Shown here in pieces: positions 44,740-54,888 of a stretch of 64,000 bases of DNA (the first letter of the stretch is position 1; each line of letters starts with the position of its first letter). The notes under the pieces are model-generated. The model had not been told where the DNA came from, made no database searches, and saw only the letters and a program-made list of their open reading frames with translations. The stretch lies in NCBI GenBank assembly GCA_943358095.1, contig CALRGT010000001.1:450-64449 (forward strand), read 5' to 3'. Origin of the DNA: an uncultured Candidatus Saccharimonas sp. (lineage in GTDB: Bacteria; Patescibacteriota; Saccharimonadia; Saccharimonadales; AQU-01). A program made the translations under genes and the position numbers.

Positions 44740-45747
44740 TTATGAATTTTTAGATAGAATTTTTCTTAATTCATTTGGCATTAGAACACCTGATGCTTTT
44801 TTGTCGGCTAAAATACTAGGAGCGTGATTTTTCATATTAATAGGTATGCCCTTAAAGCTACTGAAAACGACCTTCATATGCTGTTCAATAATCTGATAAT
44901 CAAAATAGTTATCGTTTTTTGAATAAATATGCAAAACAGGGATGTTGACAGGCGTCTTGCAGTTATCTAAGTGCAAAAAGCCATTACTAGTGGCCATATG
45001 AGTCCTTACATCGTTATCGTTCCATAACTTAATTTCTAGATCCATTAAAGCTTTTTCTCGCTCTGGATCACCCTTTGTTTCAGCAAACTTATGCTTAGCG
45101 TTGTAGGTATGTTTGTAGGCAACCCTGAGGACTGTAGCATTCAAAAACAGCTTTTTAAAAACTGTAGGCGTAACGGGAACAGACAAAACTCTGGTTAACG
45201 TCCTATACATGGCCATTCTGGGTCGCGTGAAGGTAAAATCATCCTCATGAACAAAGCCAACTGCGCTAATAAGCAGCTCAACTTTATTCGTTAATTCTGG
45301 ATGTCGCTGAAGCATTCTAGTCGCAACTACAAAACCGTAAGAAATGCCAATAATAGTAATTTTGCGTTGTTTGAATTTCAATTTAATAAAAGAGGCTAGG
45401 TAGTCTGCGTAAGCATCTATCGTCGGCTTGCTACCAATCTTATAGAAACTATCCATACCACCAAAACCTGGCAAATCAGGCATGGTCACAGAGCCGTAAG
45501 TATTAAAATTCTGCACGAGTCCCCACCAACGCTCAAGCAGGGCGTGGTGACCATAAACTAGCAACATTTCTCTGCCGTTCTTTTTTGGTGATGGCATGTG
45601 CATCATTCGTCCACGGAGGCCATTCATATTTAATGGCACTATATAATCTGAAGGTAGAATTTCTTTTTTGTTAGTCATAATCTTATATAAAATTACGCTA
45701 AAATCGACTAACTTGCAATCTAAGTTCTTAACATACTTCCCAGTCAT
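44740..45747 (-). CDS. Alpha/beta-fold hydrolase (possible true start at 45678)
   Basis: GxSxG nucleophile elbow (IIGISYGFVV), HGHH/oxyanion region (LLVYGHHAL). Confidence 0.55.
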   Translation of the reverse strand: MTGKYVKNLDCKLVDFSVILYKIMTNKKEILPSDYIVPLNMNGLRGRMMHMPSPKKNGREMLLVYGHHALLERWWGLVQNFNTYGSVTMPDLPGFGGMDSFYKIGSKPTIDAYADYLASFIKLKFKQRKITIIGISYGFVVATRMLQRHPELTNKVELLISAVGFVHEDDFTFTRPRMAMYRTLTRVLSVPVTPTVFKKLFLNATVLRVAYKHTYNAKHKFAETKGDPEREKALMDLEIKLWNDNDVRTHMATSNGFLHLDNCKTPVNIPVLHIYSKNDNYFDYQIIEQHMKVVFSSFKGIPINMKNHAPSILADKKASGVLMPNELRKILSKNS

Positions 45748-45772
45748 GCTAATAATCGTTTATAGTAATGAT

Positions 45773-46534
45773 ATGGCAAAACATAACTTCATAGGCATTG
45801 GTCTTGTAGCTATAACTGTAATAGCTAGTCTTTCCTGGGGTCATATTAAGCACCCGACAATTTCCTCAATCACTAAAACTGTAGATGTTACTAATGTAGT
45901 ATCTGGACAAGAAGTTAAATTATCCTTTAAGGAAAGTTACTCTACGACTGACCCGAACAGCATATGGGTTATCGCTAACAAGAAACTTGCTTTACCTAAC
46001 GGATTCGCGCCTTCCGACCTAGTAGTACCAAACGTAATTTTACGTCTAGAAAATACTAGCGAGCAGATGCAGGTTCGATTAGTCATAAAAGCCGATTTGG
46101 AGGCTATGTTCGCAGCAGCCAAAAAAGAGGGGCACAGTTTAATGCTAAGCAGTGGCTACCGTTCAGTAGCTTACCAAAAATCACTCTACGACGGCTATGT
46201 AGCTACTCAAGGCCTTGCTTCAGCTGATCGTTCCAGCGCAAGACCAGGCCACAGCGAACACCAAACAGGATTAGCATTTGACGTAGAACCATCCGACAAA
46301 CGCTGCGAACTATTGCAATGTTTTGGTGATACGCCAGAAGGCATATGGTTGGCCAAACACAGTAGCGAATATGGTTTTATTATCCGTTACGGAAAAGACC
46401 AAGAGCAGTTAACTGGTTACGAATACGAACCCTGGCACCTGCGCTATGTCGGCAAAAACTTAGCTAGCGAATTAGTTAATACCAAGAAAACCCTAGAGCA
46501 ATACTTCGATCTTGAACCTGCTTCTAAATACTAA
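45773..46534 (+). CDS. VanY-type D-alanyl-D-alanine carboxypeptidase (peptidase M15B), signal-anchored
   Basis: SGYRSVAYQ..., GHSEHQTGLAFDV and EPWHLRYVG zinc-peptidase motifs of the VanY family; start at the M preceding a signal-anchor helix (ORF track begins at 45668). Confidence 0.7.
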   Translation: MAKHNFIGIGLVAITVIASLSWGHIKHPTISSITKTVDVTNVVSGQEVKLSFKESYSTTDPNSIWVIANKKLALPNGFAPSDLVVPNVILRLENTSEQMQVRLVIKADLEAMFAAAKKEGHSLMLSSGYRSVAYQKSLYDGYVATQGLASADRSSARPGHSEHQTGLAFDVEPSDKRCELLQCFGDTPEGIWLAKHSSEYGFIIRYGKDQEQLTGYEYEPWHLRYVGKNLASELVNTKKTLEQYFDLEPASKY

Positions 46535-47733
46535 TCTAACTGACTGGCCGATATTATAGGTACTGAATCATACTGGTTTAGTAACCTTTTAATGCGTGTT
46601 TTTTGAATATCGACAGTAGTGTTTAGTTTAGATGTTGCCAAAGGTTTGCTTGCTTGGTCAAGAGTGTATATTTGGAAGTTTTTTCTAGCTAATAAGTTCT
46701 GCGCCGCCGCTTCACTAGCCGACCAATCATAATGCATATATATAGGCAGGTAGCTAGCCTCAGAAACTTGCTTACTAGAAGTATTTACGTCCAGCACAGC
46801 TAGTCCGCTAAACAAAGAATCTACCTCAAGCTGTGCGTTCAAAAAGTTTCCTAATGAATAAAATACATGCGTAAATCTTGAGCTCTGACCCACAAGCTTC
46901 TTGTATGGTTCTAGCGAGTGGGGGCCATGACCAAAAATTATGTCAGCGCCATTATCAGCCAAAAATTGACTATCGGATGCCTGCTCAGCATTTATGCCGC
47001 TAGAGTACTCCGTACCCCAACGCATACTAACTATAATAATGTCAGAGTTCTTGCGTGCTTCAATTAGCTGAGCTTTTGCAGTAATCTGATTAAACATATT
47101 TACGCCATAACTTGTCATGTTCTTAGCGTTACTGTAAGTAACATATGATAAGAATGAAAACTTAACACCTTTTACGGTAAAGTAGTTAATCTTTTGTTGT
47201 TCGGCAGTGTTGCGATTAGCGCCCGCTACCGCCAATATATTTGGCTGCTTATCCCACTCACTGCGCTGGGCATCAATAACTGACTGTCCCTTATCGTAAC
47301 TATGATTGGTCCCGATATTTATTAGATTACAGCCAAGTCCAGCCATATCTCGAGTAAATTCAAAAGGTGCGTTAAATATAGGGTATCCTGTTATCCCATA
47401 TTGTGCGCCCCCAACAGGTGTCGCCTGGTTACAAAAACGAACATCCGCTTTGGCGAATATAGGCGCCATATTGGACATCATCCCGGAATAATCATAGCTA
47501 CCATCAGATTTTTTGGCTTCCTGGTTGATAGCGTCGTGAGGAATAAAATCGCCAGTAGCAACTATTCTAACACTACCAGATTTACTGCTCGTGACTGGGT
47601 CGGTATTTTTTTTCGTATTATCTGATGCCACAACAAAAGGTTTTTGACTATGAGGTTTTAGTAGCAAATATGCGCCGCCGCCAAATATCACGACCAGACT
47701 TAAAGCAAGGAATATAGTTGATTTGCTGCTCAT
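46531..47733 (-). CDS. CapA/PgsA-family metallophosphoesterase-like protein (poly-gamma-glutamate capsule-synthesis family)
   Basis: N-terminal TM, GDFIPHD, NLINIGTNHSYDKG and GADIIFGHGPH motifs typical of the CapA family. Confidence 0.6.
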   Translation of the reverse strand: MSSKSTIFLALSLVVIFGGGAYLLLKPHSQKPFVVASDNTKKNTDPVTSSKSGSVRIVATGDFIPHDAINQEAKKSDGSYDYSGMMSNMAPIFAKADVRFCNQATPVGGAQYGITGYPIFNAPFEFTRDMAGLGCNLINIGTNHSYDKGQSVIDAQRSEWDKQPNILAVAGANRNTAEQQKINYFTVKGVKFSFLSYVTYSNAKNMTSYGVNMFNQITAKAQLIEARKNSDIIIVSMRWGTEYSSGINAEQASDSQFLADNGADIIFGHGPHSLEPYKKLVGQSSRFTHVFYSLGNFLNAQLEVDSLFSGLAVLDVNTSSKQVSEASYLPIYMHYDWSASEAAAQNLLARKNFQIYTLDQASKPLATSKLNTTVDIQKTRIKRLLNQYDSVPIISASQLD

Positions 47734-47740
47734 ATGGATT

Positions 47741-48991
47741 TTAGTATACGTGACTTAACCGCCACTGAATACTGGGTCCGCTAGAATTTGATTTGGAATT
47801 TATATCAGTAGAGGATCGATCAATTTTGGAAGACGCGCTTATATTACCAAGCTTAAAGCCTTTTGATTGTGAATAAGACAAACTATCAGGGCTAGGAACG
47901 ATACGCAGATTCTCTCCCCCCCAAGCAAACACTCTCACATCACTAGACGCTATAGCCTGATTATTGGAGCCCCAGGGGAAGCTATAGTCAGCAACAACTT
48001 GTCCAGATTTAATTAAATCAACAAAACTGAAACCTTGATAAACACTTGATAAAAGGGGCAAGGAGTCGGCAACGGATTGCCCGAGTGATGGAGCCGCCAT
48101 AATTGCGCCAACGACTATTTGACTATGCCCATTCTTGAAATCATGTCGAGTGGCGAACAAATAACAACCACCGGCTTCATTAGTGTGCCCAGTTTTGATT
48201 CCGATAATTTCTGACTGGCCAAGAATTGGATTGGTATTTGTAATACGACCAGCCACAGGGACGACAGCCTCTTGCTGAGAGACTATTTCAGCCAAAACTG
48301 GATCCTTAAGCGCCACTACTGCCAATTTCACTAAATCACTAGCAGTACTCACGGTTAAAGGCGAAAATCCACTAGAATCAGCTACGTAAGTCTTTGACAT
48401 ATTTAATTGTGCAACTAAGCTGTTAGCGTAAATATTATAAGCATCAAGTGACCCGAAGGCCCATCTAGCTAAAGTTTCTGCGATATTATTGGCAGAAGGC
48501 AAAAGCAAAGCTTGAAGCGCCTGATATTCAGTAATTTCTTCGCCCTTTATAACATTTACAAGAGAGCCGTCGTGAGTGGCATAATAATTGTAACTTTCAA
48601 CATCTTCGTCCGTAATAGTTATAACGGGGCCAGACTGACCTTTAGCTAGTGGCTTCTTTTTTAAAACAGCTAGAGCAGTGATAACTTTAGCGACACTTGC
48701 GGTAGGTAGGGGCTTTTGATCGCTAGATTCGTCTAACAATCCATAATCAAGAGTTCCTATTGCAGATTGGCCATAATTTGGCCATTTGAATACAGGTTTT
48801 TTGCCTGCGACACTAGCGATTGCAACAACTTTTGCACTAGCTTGTGGTAACGGCCTTTGATAAGCAAAATATATAAACCCACTCAGTGCGACAATAATAA
48901 GCAGAGCAACAAAACCACGTCTAGCAATACGCCTTCTTTTAACTTGTCGTTTGCGTATGGCATAGATTCTTTTAGTGTCAACTACTCGCAT
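47741..48991 (-). CDS. Serine-type D-Ala-D-Ala carboxypeptidase (PBP5/6-like, peptidase S11)
   Basis: SxxK (SVAKV), SxN (LPSANN) and KTG (IKTGHT) active-site motifs in the right order; N-terminal membrane anchor. Confidence 0.75.
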   Translation of the reverse strand: MRVVDTKRIYAIRKRQVKRRRIARRGFVALLIIVALSGFIYFAYQRPLPQASAKVVAIASVAGKKPVFKWPNYGQSAIGTLDYGLLDESSDQKPLPTASVAKVITALAVLKKKPLAKGQSGPVITITDEDVESYNYYATHDGSLVNVIKGEEITEYQALQALLLPSANNIAETLARWAFGSLDAYNIYANSLVAQLNMSKTYVADSSGFSPLTVSTASDLVKLAVVALKDPVLAEIVSQQEAVVPVAGRITNTNPILGQSEIIGIKTGHTNEAGGCYLFATRHDFKNGHSQIVVGAIMAAPSLGQSVADSLPLLSSVYQGFSFVDLIKSGQVVADYSFPWGSNNQAIASSDVRVFAWGGENLRIVPSPDSLSYSQSKGFKLGNISASSKIDRSSTDINSKSNSSGPSIQWRLSHVY

Positions 48992-49116
48992 AATACAATC
49001 TTAGTATAGCTAATAGGTCACATAAACAGCCTATATACTTGAGAAATTATCACTTTTAAGCTAAAATCAATCTGTTCACAAGCTTTGCTTTGTTATCAAA
49101 AGTACAAGCCAAATAG

Positions 49117-49191
49117 TGGGACGTCGCCAAGTGGTAAGGCACTGGTTTTTGGTACCAGCATTCGTAGGTTCGAGTCCTACCGTCCCAGCCA
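49117..49191 (+). tRNA. tRNA-Gln (anticodon TTG), CCA encoded
   Basis: TGGGACGTCGCCAAGTGGTAAGGC...anticodon loop TTTTGGT...GGTTCGAGTCCTACCGTCCCAGCCA; 75 nt. Confidence 0.85.
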
Positions 49192-49383
49192 AGACTTATA
49201 TTATCGACTTCACTTTTTTAGGGATTCTAGATTAGCCACTGTTTGTGCCCATTTTGCTCTCTCTTCGACATCTTTTTGCTGCTGCGCATTAGCTAGCGTA
49301 ACTAACTTACCAGTATCACAATAACTACACGTAATGTTGTCAAAATACGCTAACTTTAGATAGGGCCTTTAGCAGCTAGACAG

Positions 49384-49800
49384 CTACTCTAGCACTATAT
49401 CTTCAGTTTGATCGGCAGGTTTAAGTATGTTGTCTACGAGTTGATCTATCTGATCGTTAGATAAGTTCATTTTGACAGCGTAACCTTCAATACCCAAGTC
49501 TCGTAGTCCGGCAGGAGCGTCAGCTTCGTTAAGGTTAGAAATAATCAAAACTTTAATATCTTTACCCCAAGTTGACGCACGCATTCGTGCTAATATTTGA
49601 TCGCCTGCAATTTTCGGAACCATCAAGTCAAGAAGCACTAAGCCAGGGAGTTCCTTCTCGATAACTTGCAAGGCTACTTCGCCGTCATATGCAGCAAAGC
49701 ATGTATATCCCAGCAACTCTAGGCGTACTTTATATATTTCTGCCAAAGCCACATTGTCTTCGACGATTACTATTTTTTGAGATATTCCAAATTGATCCAT
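49384..49800 (-). CDS. Single-domain response regulator (REC domain only)
   Basis: IVIVEDNVALAEIY..., phospho-acceptor LLDLMVP, conserved T/S (LIISN) and K (YAVKM) positions; no output domain. Confidence 0.7.
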   Translation of the reverse strand: MDQFGISQKIVIVEDNVALAEIYKVRLELLGYTCFAAYDGEVALQVIEKELPGLVLLDLMVPKIAGDQILARMRASTWGKDIKVLIISNLNEADAPAGLRDLGIEGYAVKMNLSNDQIDQLVDNILKPADQTEDIVLE

Positions 49801-50044
49801 ATATATACAATCTTACCTCAAGATTTATTTTATTACCACGTCCTTATCAATTTTATAAACTACCTCAGCACTCTACGTAGCTATTATTCAAATAGTCTGC
49901 GTCATAAAATCGTAAATTTCGTTTTGTAGGTGTTGGAATCTCTGTCTCGACGGATTAGGGGAATAGGTTTAGGATTCGCTCTACTATTTTGAAATCCTAA
50001 TATGGCAGGGAATTATAGTGTCATGGGGCGTCAGCTGAAAGGAA

Positions 50045-51034
50045 TTAATTTCTGGCTAATCCAAGTCCAACTATTTTTAGAAGAATGTCGGTATATTCCA
50101 TGCCTTCGTTTATCATGCATGCACGGTTAAAATAGCTCACAAACTCGTTGTCAGCCAAGCCTGGCACTAAATTTGCTTCAAGAAAATACGCTTTTCCGTT
50201 GTTGTCCATTCTTATATCTATTCGTCCAAGATCGCGGGCGCCTAAGGCTCGATAAACGTCTTTGGCAAGGGAAGTAACTGACTCACGAACTGCTTTGTCT
50301 GAAACCGCGATAACACGCTCCACATCATCGCCCTTAACTTGTCTTCCCAAAATCATATGACCATTAGAATCTTTGTCTGTTAATAGCTCAACAGGCATGA
50401 CTATTAAACCGTCACTAGTGCCACTGTCTAATATAGCAACACTAAACTCTCTGCCAGTAAGATAAGATTCAACCATAGAACGACTACCAAATTCGATAAA
50501 TATTGACTCTACTTTGGCTTCGAATTCTTTAAAAGTGTGAACTACTGAATCACCGCCAACTCCTTTGCCACCTCCCGTATCAAGCGGCTTAACAAATAAA
50601 GGGAAGTCTATTGGTAAATCTGCTGCAGATTTGTGTCGTCCCGGTAATGTAGTAAAGAATTCGGCTGTCGGCAAACCAGCTTGTTGAACTCTAAGTTTGG
50701 CATTTTCTTTGTCGAAATCCATAGCAATTGCGGCCTGAGTAGACCCAGTATAGTTAATTCCGCTATCCTGCAAATACTCTGACATCCAAACATTTTGTGC
50801 AAGAACATGGGAATTAGAATCAAAAGGCAAACGCTTAAGACCAAGAAATACAAGGTCGGGGCTCTTAAGAACTAGAAGTTCAAGGTCGTTCATATTATCA
50901 ACTGTAGTAACGCCGACCATTTCGTAATAATCGCTCAAAACACTTTGTATCATGTCGCACGACTTCAAACCCATAGAGCTAAATGGGGAGTTAGAGGTTC
51001 TAACGATTTCAATGTGTTTGTTGATCTTACTCAT
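50045..51034 (-). CDS. ddl: D-alanine--D-alanine ligase (ATP-grasp)
   Basis: GREFSVAILD and GRIDIRMDNNGKAYFLEANLVPGL align with Ddl (GPEFTVAILG / [24 protein letters not shown]). Confidence 0.65.
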   Translation of the reverse strand: MSKINKHIEIVRTSNSPFSSMGLKSCDMIQSVLSDYYEMVGVTTVDNMNDLELLVLKSPDLVFLGLKRLPFDSNSHVLAQNVWMSEYLQDSGINYTGSTQAAIAMDFDKENAKLRVQQAGLPTAEFFTTLPGRHKSAADLPIDFPLFVKPLDTGGGKGVGGDSVVHTFKEFEAKVESIFIEFGSRSMVESYLTGREFSVAILDSGTSDGLIVMPVELLTDKDSNGHMILGRQVKGDDVERVIAVSDKAVRESVTSLAKDVYRALGARDLGRIDIRMDNNGKAYFLEANLVPGLADNEFVSYFNRACMINEGMEYTDILLKIVGLGLARN

Positions 51035-51313
51035 AAAATATCTAACCGGCTAGCAATACTAGCACTATTACTTTGTTTGATTATTTTGGTACTTTTTGTT
51101 GTTTACAAAAGAAATTTGTAACTTTCCCGTGGAACTTTTCTGTAGTCTCAAATTTATGCACTAGATGTGATTACTATACCATTATTTTAAATAATTTGCT
51201 AACTATAAGCTTTAGCTTGGCAGCAAATATAAAATTACAATAGAAAAGCGTGGGGGATAGCAATACAGATGATGTATAATGCTTATAGTATAAGTAATGG
51301 CAAGGGTACGTTT

Positions 51314-52210
51314 ATGACTAAACGCAAAAGCAGGTCAAACCAGGGTAGATTCGTGCCCATATTTTTGTTGTTTTTAGTTGCTCTTGGTCTACTGATTCGA
51401 AATCTAATACGCGGCAAAGAGATGTCTGTGCTAAACCCTATGGGGACAATAGCCAGTGAACAACTAAGGTTAATGTCGGTATCTCTTGGAATTATGCTTA
51501 TATTGGCCGTACCTGCGCTAACTATTTTATATTTTATAGCTTGGAAATACAGGGAAACCAACGAAAAGGCCACCTATAGTCCTGGCCAAAAACACGGTAA
51601 GTTGTTTTCTGTAAGCCTTTGGTTGGTGCCTCTTACTTTTGTGGCGATTCTGGCAAACCTCATGTGGCCATCAACGCACAAACTCGATCCAAGAAAGCAA
51701 ATTTCATCAAACCAAAAACCTATAACTATTCAGGTCGTTGCGATGCGATGGAAATGGCTTTTTATTTATCCCGAGCAACATATAGTCACCGTAAATTATA
51801 TTCAAGTACCCATAGACACACCCATTAAATTCGAATTAACGGCTGACGAAACGCCGATGAGTTCCTTTTGGATACCAAATCTAGGAGGTCAATTATACGC
51901 AATGACAGGACACGTCAATCAGCTCAATTTGATGGGGACTACTATTGGCGACTATATCGGAAAATCAGCAGAAATAAACGGTGCTGGGTTCGCAGGTATG
52001 AAATTCACGGCGCGCGTAAGCTCACAAACAGATTTTAATAATTGGGTAACCGGTACTCAAAAGTCTTCAAACAATTTTACGATTAAAGATTATACTGATC
52101 TGCTTGTTCCTTCTGAATATAACAAGGCTATGACTTACTCGACCGATGAGTCCGATATTTATAGTAAAGTTACCGACAAATATACAAAATCACATGAGCA
52201 TGGAGAATAA
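51314..52210 (+). CDS. cyoA: Quinol oxidase subunit II (CyoA-like; CuA ligands absent)
   Basis: Two N-terminal TM helices plus periplasmic cupredoxin-like domain (FWIPNLGGQLYAMTGHVNQL); the CuA Cys/His positions are replaced (SAEINGAGFAGM); start at the M with AAGGG RBS (ORF track begins at 51269). Confidence 0.7.
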   Translation: MTKRKSRSNQGRFVPIFLLFLVALGLLIRNLIRGKEMSVLNPMGTIASEQLRLMSVSLGIMLILAVPALTILYFIAWKYRETNEKATYSPGQKHGKLFSVSLWLVPLTFVAILANLMWPSTHKLDPRKQISSNQKPITIQVVAMRWKWLFIYPEQHIVTVNYIQVPIDTPIKFELTADETPMSSFWIPNLGGQLYAMTGHVNQLNLMGTTIGDYIGKSAEINGAGFAGMKFTARVSSQTDFNNWVTGTQKSSNNFTIKDYTDLLVPSEYNKAMTYSTDESDIYSKVTDKYTKSHEHGE

Positions 52211-54301
52211 ATGAAAGAATTTTTACTTGGCAAAATAAATATGGATTCGCTTCCGCACGAATGGTTTACATTTGGCGGTAGTTTGGCGTTTATTGGCCTG
52301 GGTTTATTTCTAGTAATCGTAATCACTCGACTTAAGCGCTGGAATTGGCTCTGGAAAGAATGGATAACTACAGTTGATCCGAAAAAAATAGGGATAATGT
52401 ACTTTTTAGTTTCTGGATTTATGCTTGTGAGGGGTGGGCTAGAGACTCTGATGATATGGCTGCAACAATCATTCTCTGTAGACAAATCTCATGGATTTTT
52501 AACTGCCGACCACTTTCAACAAATATTTACAGCGCATGGCAATATAATGGTTTTCTTCGTAGCTATGGGCTTTATATTCGGCCTAATAAACTACATCGTA
52601 CCCTTGCAAATTGGAGCACGCGACCTAGCATCTCCATTTCTTAATACGCTAGGATTTTGGCTTTTTGCAGCCGGAGCAATCATGGTAAGTATGTTCTTCT
52701 TGCTTGGGGGACAATATGCAGCTACGGGATGGCTGGCTGTAGCGCCGCTATCGGGTAAGGAATTTAGTCCTGGCGTAGGTGTAGACTATTGGATTTGGAG
52801 CCTGCAGATATCTGGCATAGGTACAACTCTTGGTGCTATAAACTTCGTAATGACTATCCTAAAAATGAGAGCGCCAGGCATGTCGCTAGGCAAAATGCCG
52901 CTTTTCACATGGGGAGCATTTTGTAGCATGATTATGGCTGTTGCCGTATTCCCACTACTTACAGCTACACTGTTTTTGATGTTCTTTGATAGATACCTAG
53001 GCGCGCACTTTTTTACTACAGTGGGCGGTGGCGACCCTATGATGTACACTAACTTGATTTGGATGTGGGGACACCCAGAAGTTTATATTTTAATGTTGCC
53101 ATGTTTTGGAATATTTTCAGAAGTCGTTTCGACTTTTAGCCGTAAGCCTATCGCCAGCTACAAATCAAATGTACTCGGGATGATTGGTGTCTCTACTTTC
53201 GCCTTATCGGTATGGCTACACCACTTCTTCACTATGGGAGCAGGGGCCGATGTAAACGCCTTTTTTGGCGTAATGACAATGATAATTGCCATACCTACTT
53301 CGGCTTTAGTATTTAACTGGATAGCGACTATGTACAAAGGACGAATCAATTTCTCTACGCCAATGCTTTGGTTCCTTGGCTTTATAGCTGTATTTTCTAT
53401 TGGTGGTATGTCTGGCGTACTACTAGCAATTCCACCTGCCGACTTCCAGCTTCATAACAGCCTTTTCTTGGTTGCACACTTCCACTCAATGGTAATTGGT
53501 GGTGTGTTGTTTGGAGTCTTCTGCGGTATAAGCTATTGGTTCCCGAAATTTACCGGTCTTAGACTTAACGAACGTATTGGGCGATATGCTTTTTGGTTCT
53601 GGACAATTGGTTTCTGCTTGTCTTTCATTCCTATGTATATATTAGGACTGATGGGAGCGACGAGGAGACTCGACCACTACGATTCGTCCACGGGTTGGAG
53701 GCCATTATTTATTGTCATGCTTGTAGGAGGAATAGTCATAGCTGTCGGCTTAGCTCTTCAAATTGTGCAAATAATTGCCACTTTTATTCAGAAGAATCAT
53801 CTACGAGACACAACTGGTGATCCTTGGAATGCTAGGTCGCTAGAATGGGCCACAGCCTCCCCGCCGCCATTTTATAATTTTACGACCATTCCCGAAGTAT
53901 CGAGCATTGATGCATTCTGGGAGATGAAACATAATGGAATACCTGAAACTAAATACCAAGACATTCATATTCCGAAAAATACTGCGGCAGGTTTTTATAT
54001 TTCTTGTTTCGCATTTTTAGTTGGTTTTGCATTTGTATGGGAGATAGTCTGGCTTGCAGTAGTCTCGATTATTGGCATTATAGTAGTATTCATATTCAGA
54101 GGCTTCAATGATGAACCTGAATACATACTTACAGCACGAGAAGTTCAAGATTTAGAGGAAGCGCGGACAAAGAAGCACCTTGAAAGAACTAAATTAGCAA
54201 ATGATGATGACACCGAAGATATGGGTGTAATAGATTTTATTAAAATAGTTATATCTTTCGCAAAAGACATTGTAGTTAATAAAAGGTGGCGAAAATGGTA
54301 A
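52211..54301 (+). CDS. cyoB: Heme-copper quinol oxidase subunit I (CyoB-like)
   Basis: 696 aa, 12+ TM, conserved His ligands and motifs (WGHPEVYIL, HNSLFLVAHFHSMVIGG). Confidence 0.9.
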   Translation: MKEFLLGKINMDSLPHEWFTFGGSLAFIGLGLFLVIVITRLKRWNWLWKEWITTVDPKKIGIMYFLVSGFMLVRGGLETLMIWLQQSFSVDKSHGFLTADHFQQIFTAHGNIMVFFVAMGFIFGLINYIVPLQIGARDLASPFLNTLGFWLFAAGAIMVSMFFLLGGQYAATGWLAVAPLSGKEFSPGVGVDYWIWSLQISGIGTTLGAINFVMTILKMRAPGMSLGKMPLFTWGAFCSMIMAVAVFPLLTATLFLMFFDRYLGAHFFTTVGGGDPMMYTNLIWMWGHPEVYILMLPCFGIFSEVVSTFSRKPIASYKSNVLGMIGVSTFALSVWLHHFFTMGAGADVNAFFGVMTMIIAIPTSALVFNWIATMYKGRINFSTPMLWFLGFIAVFSIGGMSGVLLAIPPADFQLHNSLFLVAHFHSMVIGGVLFGVFCGISYWFPKFTGLRLNERIGRYAFWFWTIGFCLSFIPMYILGLMGATRRLDHYDSSTGWRPLFIVMLVGGIVIAVGLALQIVQIIATFIQKNHLRDTTGDPWNARSLEWATASPPPFYNFTTIPEVSSIDAFWEMKHNGIPETKYQDIHIPKNTAAGFYISCFAFLVGFAFVWEIVWLAVVSIIGIIVVFIFRGFNDEPEYILTAREVQDLEEARTKKHLERTKLANDDDTEDMGVIDFIKIVISFAKDIVVNKRWRKW

Positions 54302-54888
54302 ACGAACAAACTCCAACCCATCATCAAGCGGAAGCTGACGACAGAGCTCTATTTGGATTCTGGATTTACTTGATGACAGACCTATTAATGTTTTCTGTTT
54401 TGTTTGCTGTTTATGCAGTTCTCCACGACAACACTGACGGAGGCAAGACCGGAAAAGAGTTATTTGACCTAAATCTAGCCTTAACAGGAACAATAATACT
54501 TCTAGTGAGCAGCTTTACTTGCGGCGTAGGCATGATTGCAGCTAGAGCTGGACGTAAAAATCAAGTCCTGACTTGGTTCGGTTTGACTTTTATTCTGGGG
54601 CTTAGCTTTTTAGCCTTGGAATTTAACGAATTCTCTATTTTGATCCGCGAAGGGCATACTATTCAGAGCAATGCTTTTTTGTCGTCTTTCTTTGCCCTGG
54701 TAGGTACACACGGTCTACATATAATTGCTGGACTTCTATGGATAGCCGTAACACTAGGCTACATTGTCAAGCGTGGCCTAAACTCAAATATGGTACGGAA
54801 ACTTGCGATGCTTAGCTTGTTCTGGCACTTTCTAGATATAGTCTGGATATTCATATTTACGATTGTTTACTTAAGGGCCTTCGTATGA
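54286..54888 (+). CDS. cyoC: Quinol oxidase subunit III (CyoC-like)
   Basis: 200 aa, 5 TM, subunit-III-like sequence; ATGA-type overlaps with neighbours. Confidence 0.8.
   Translation: MAKMVNEQTPTHHQAEADDRALFGFWIYLMTDLLMFSVLFAVYAVLHDNTDGGKTGKELFDLNLALTGTIILLVSSFTCGVGMIAARAGRKNQVLTWFGLTFILGLSFLALEFNEFSILIREGHTIQSNAFLSSFFALVGTHGLHIIAGLLWIAVTLGYIVKRGLNSNMVRKLAMLSLFWHFLDIVWIFIFTIVYLRAFV

Noticed and set aside
52456-54493. Small ORFs inside and antisense to cyoB/cyoC (52456..52644, 52786..53049, 53158..53349, 53593..53820, 54145..54493) and similar antisense ORFs within secY, rpoA, dnaX, dnaB and the tmk-thyX fusion
   Set aside because: They are embedded in strongly supported long genes in other frames or on the other strand, and have no independent signals.
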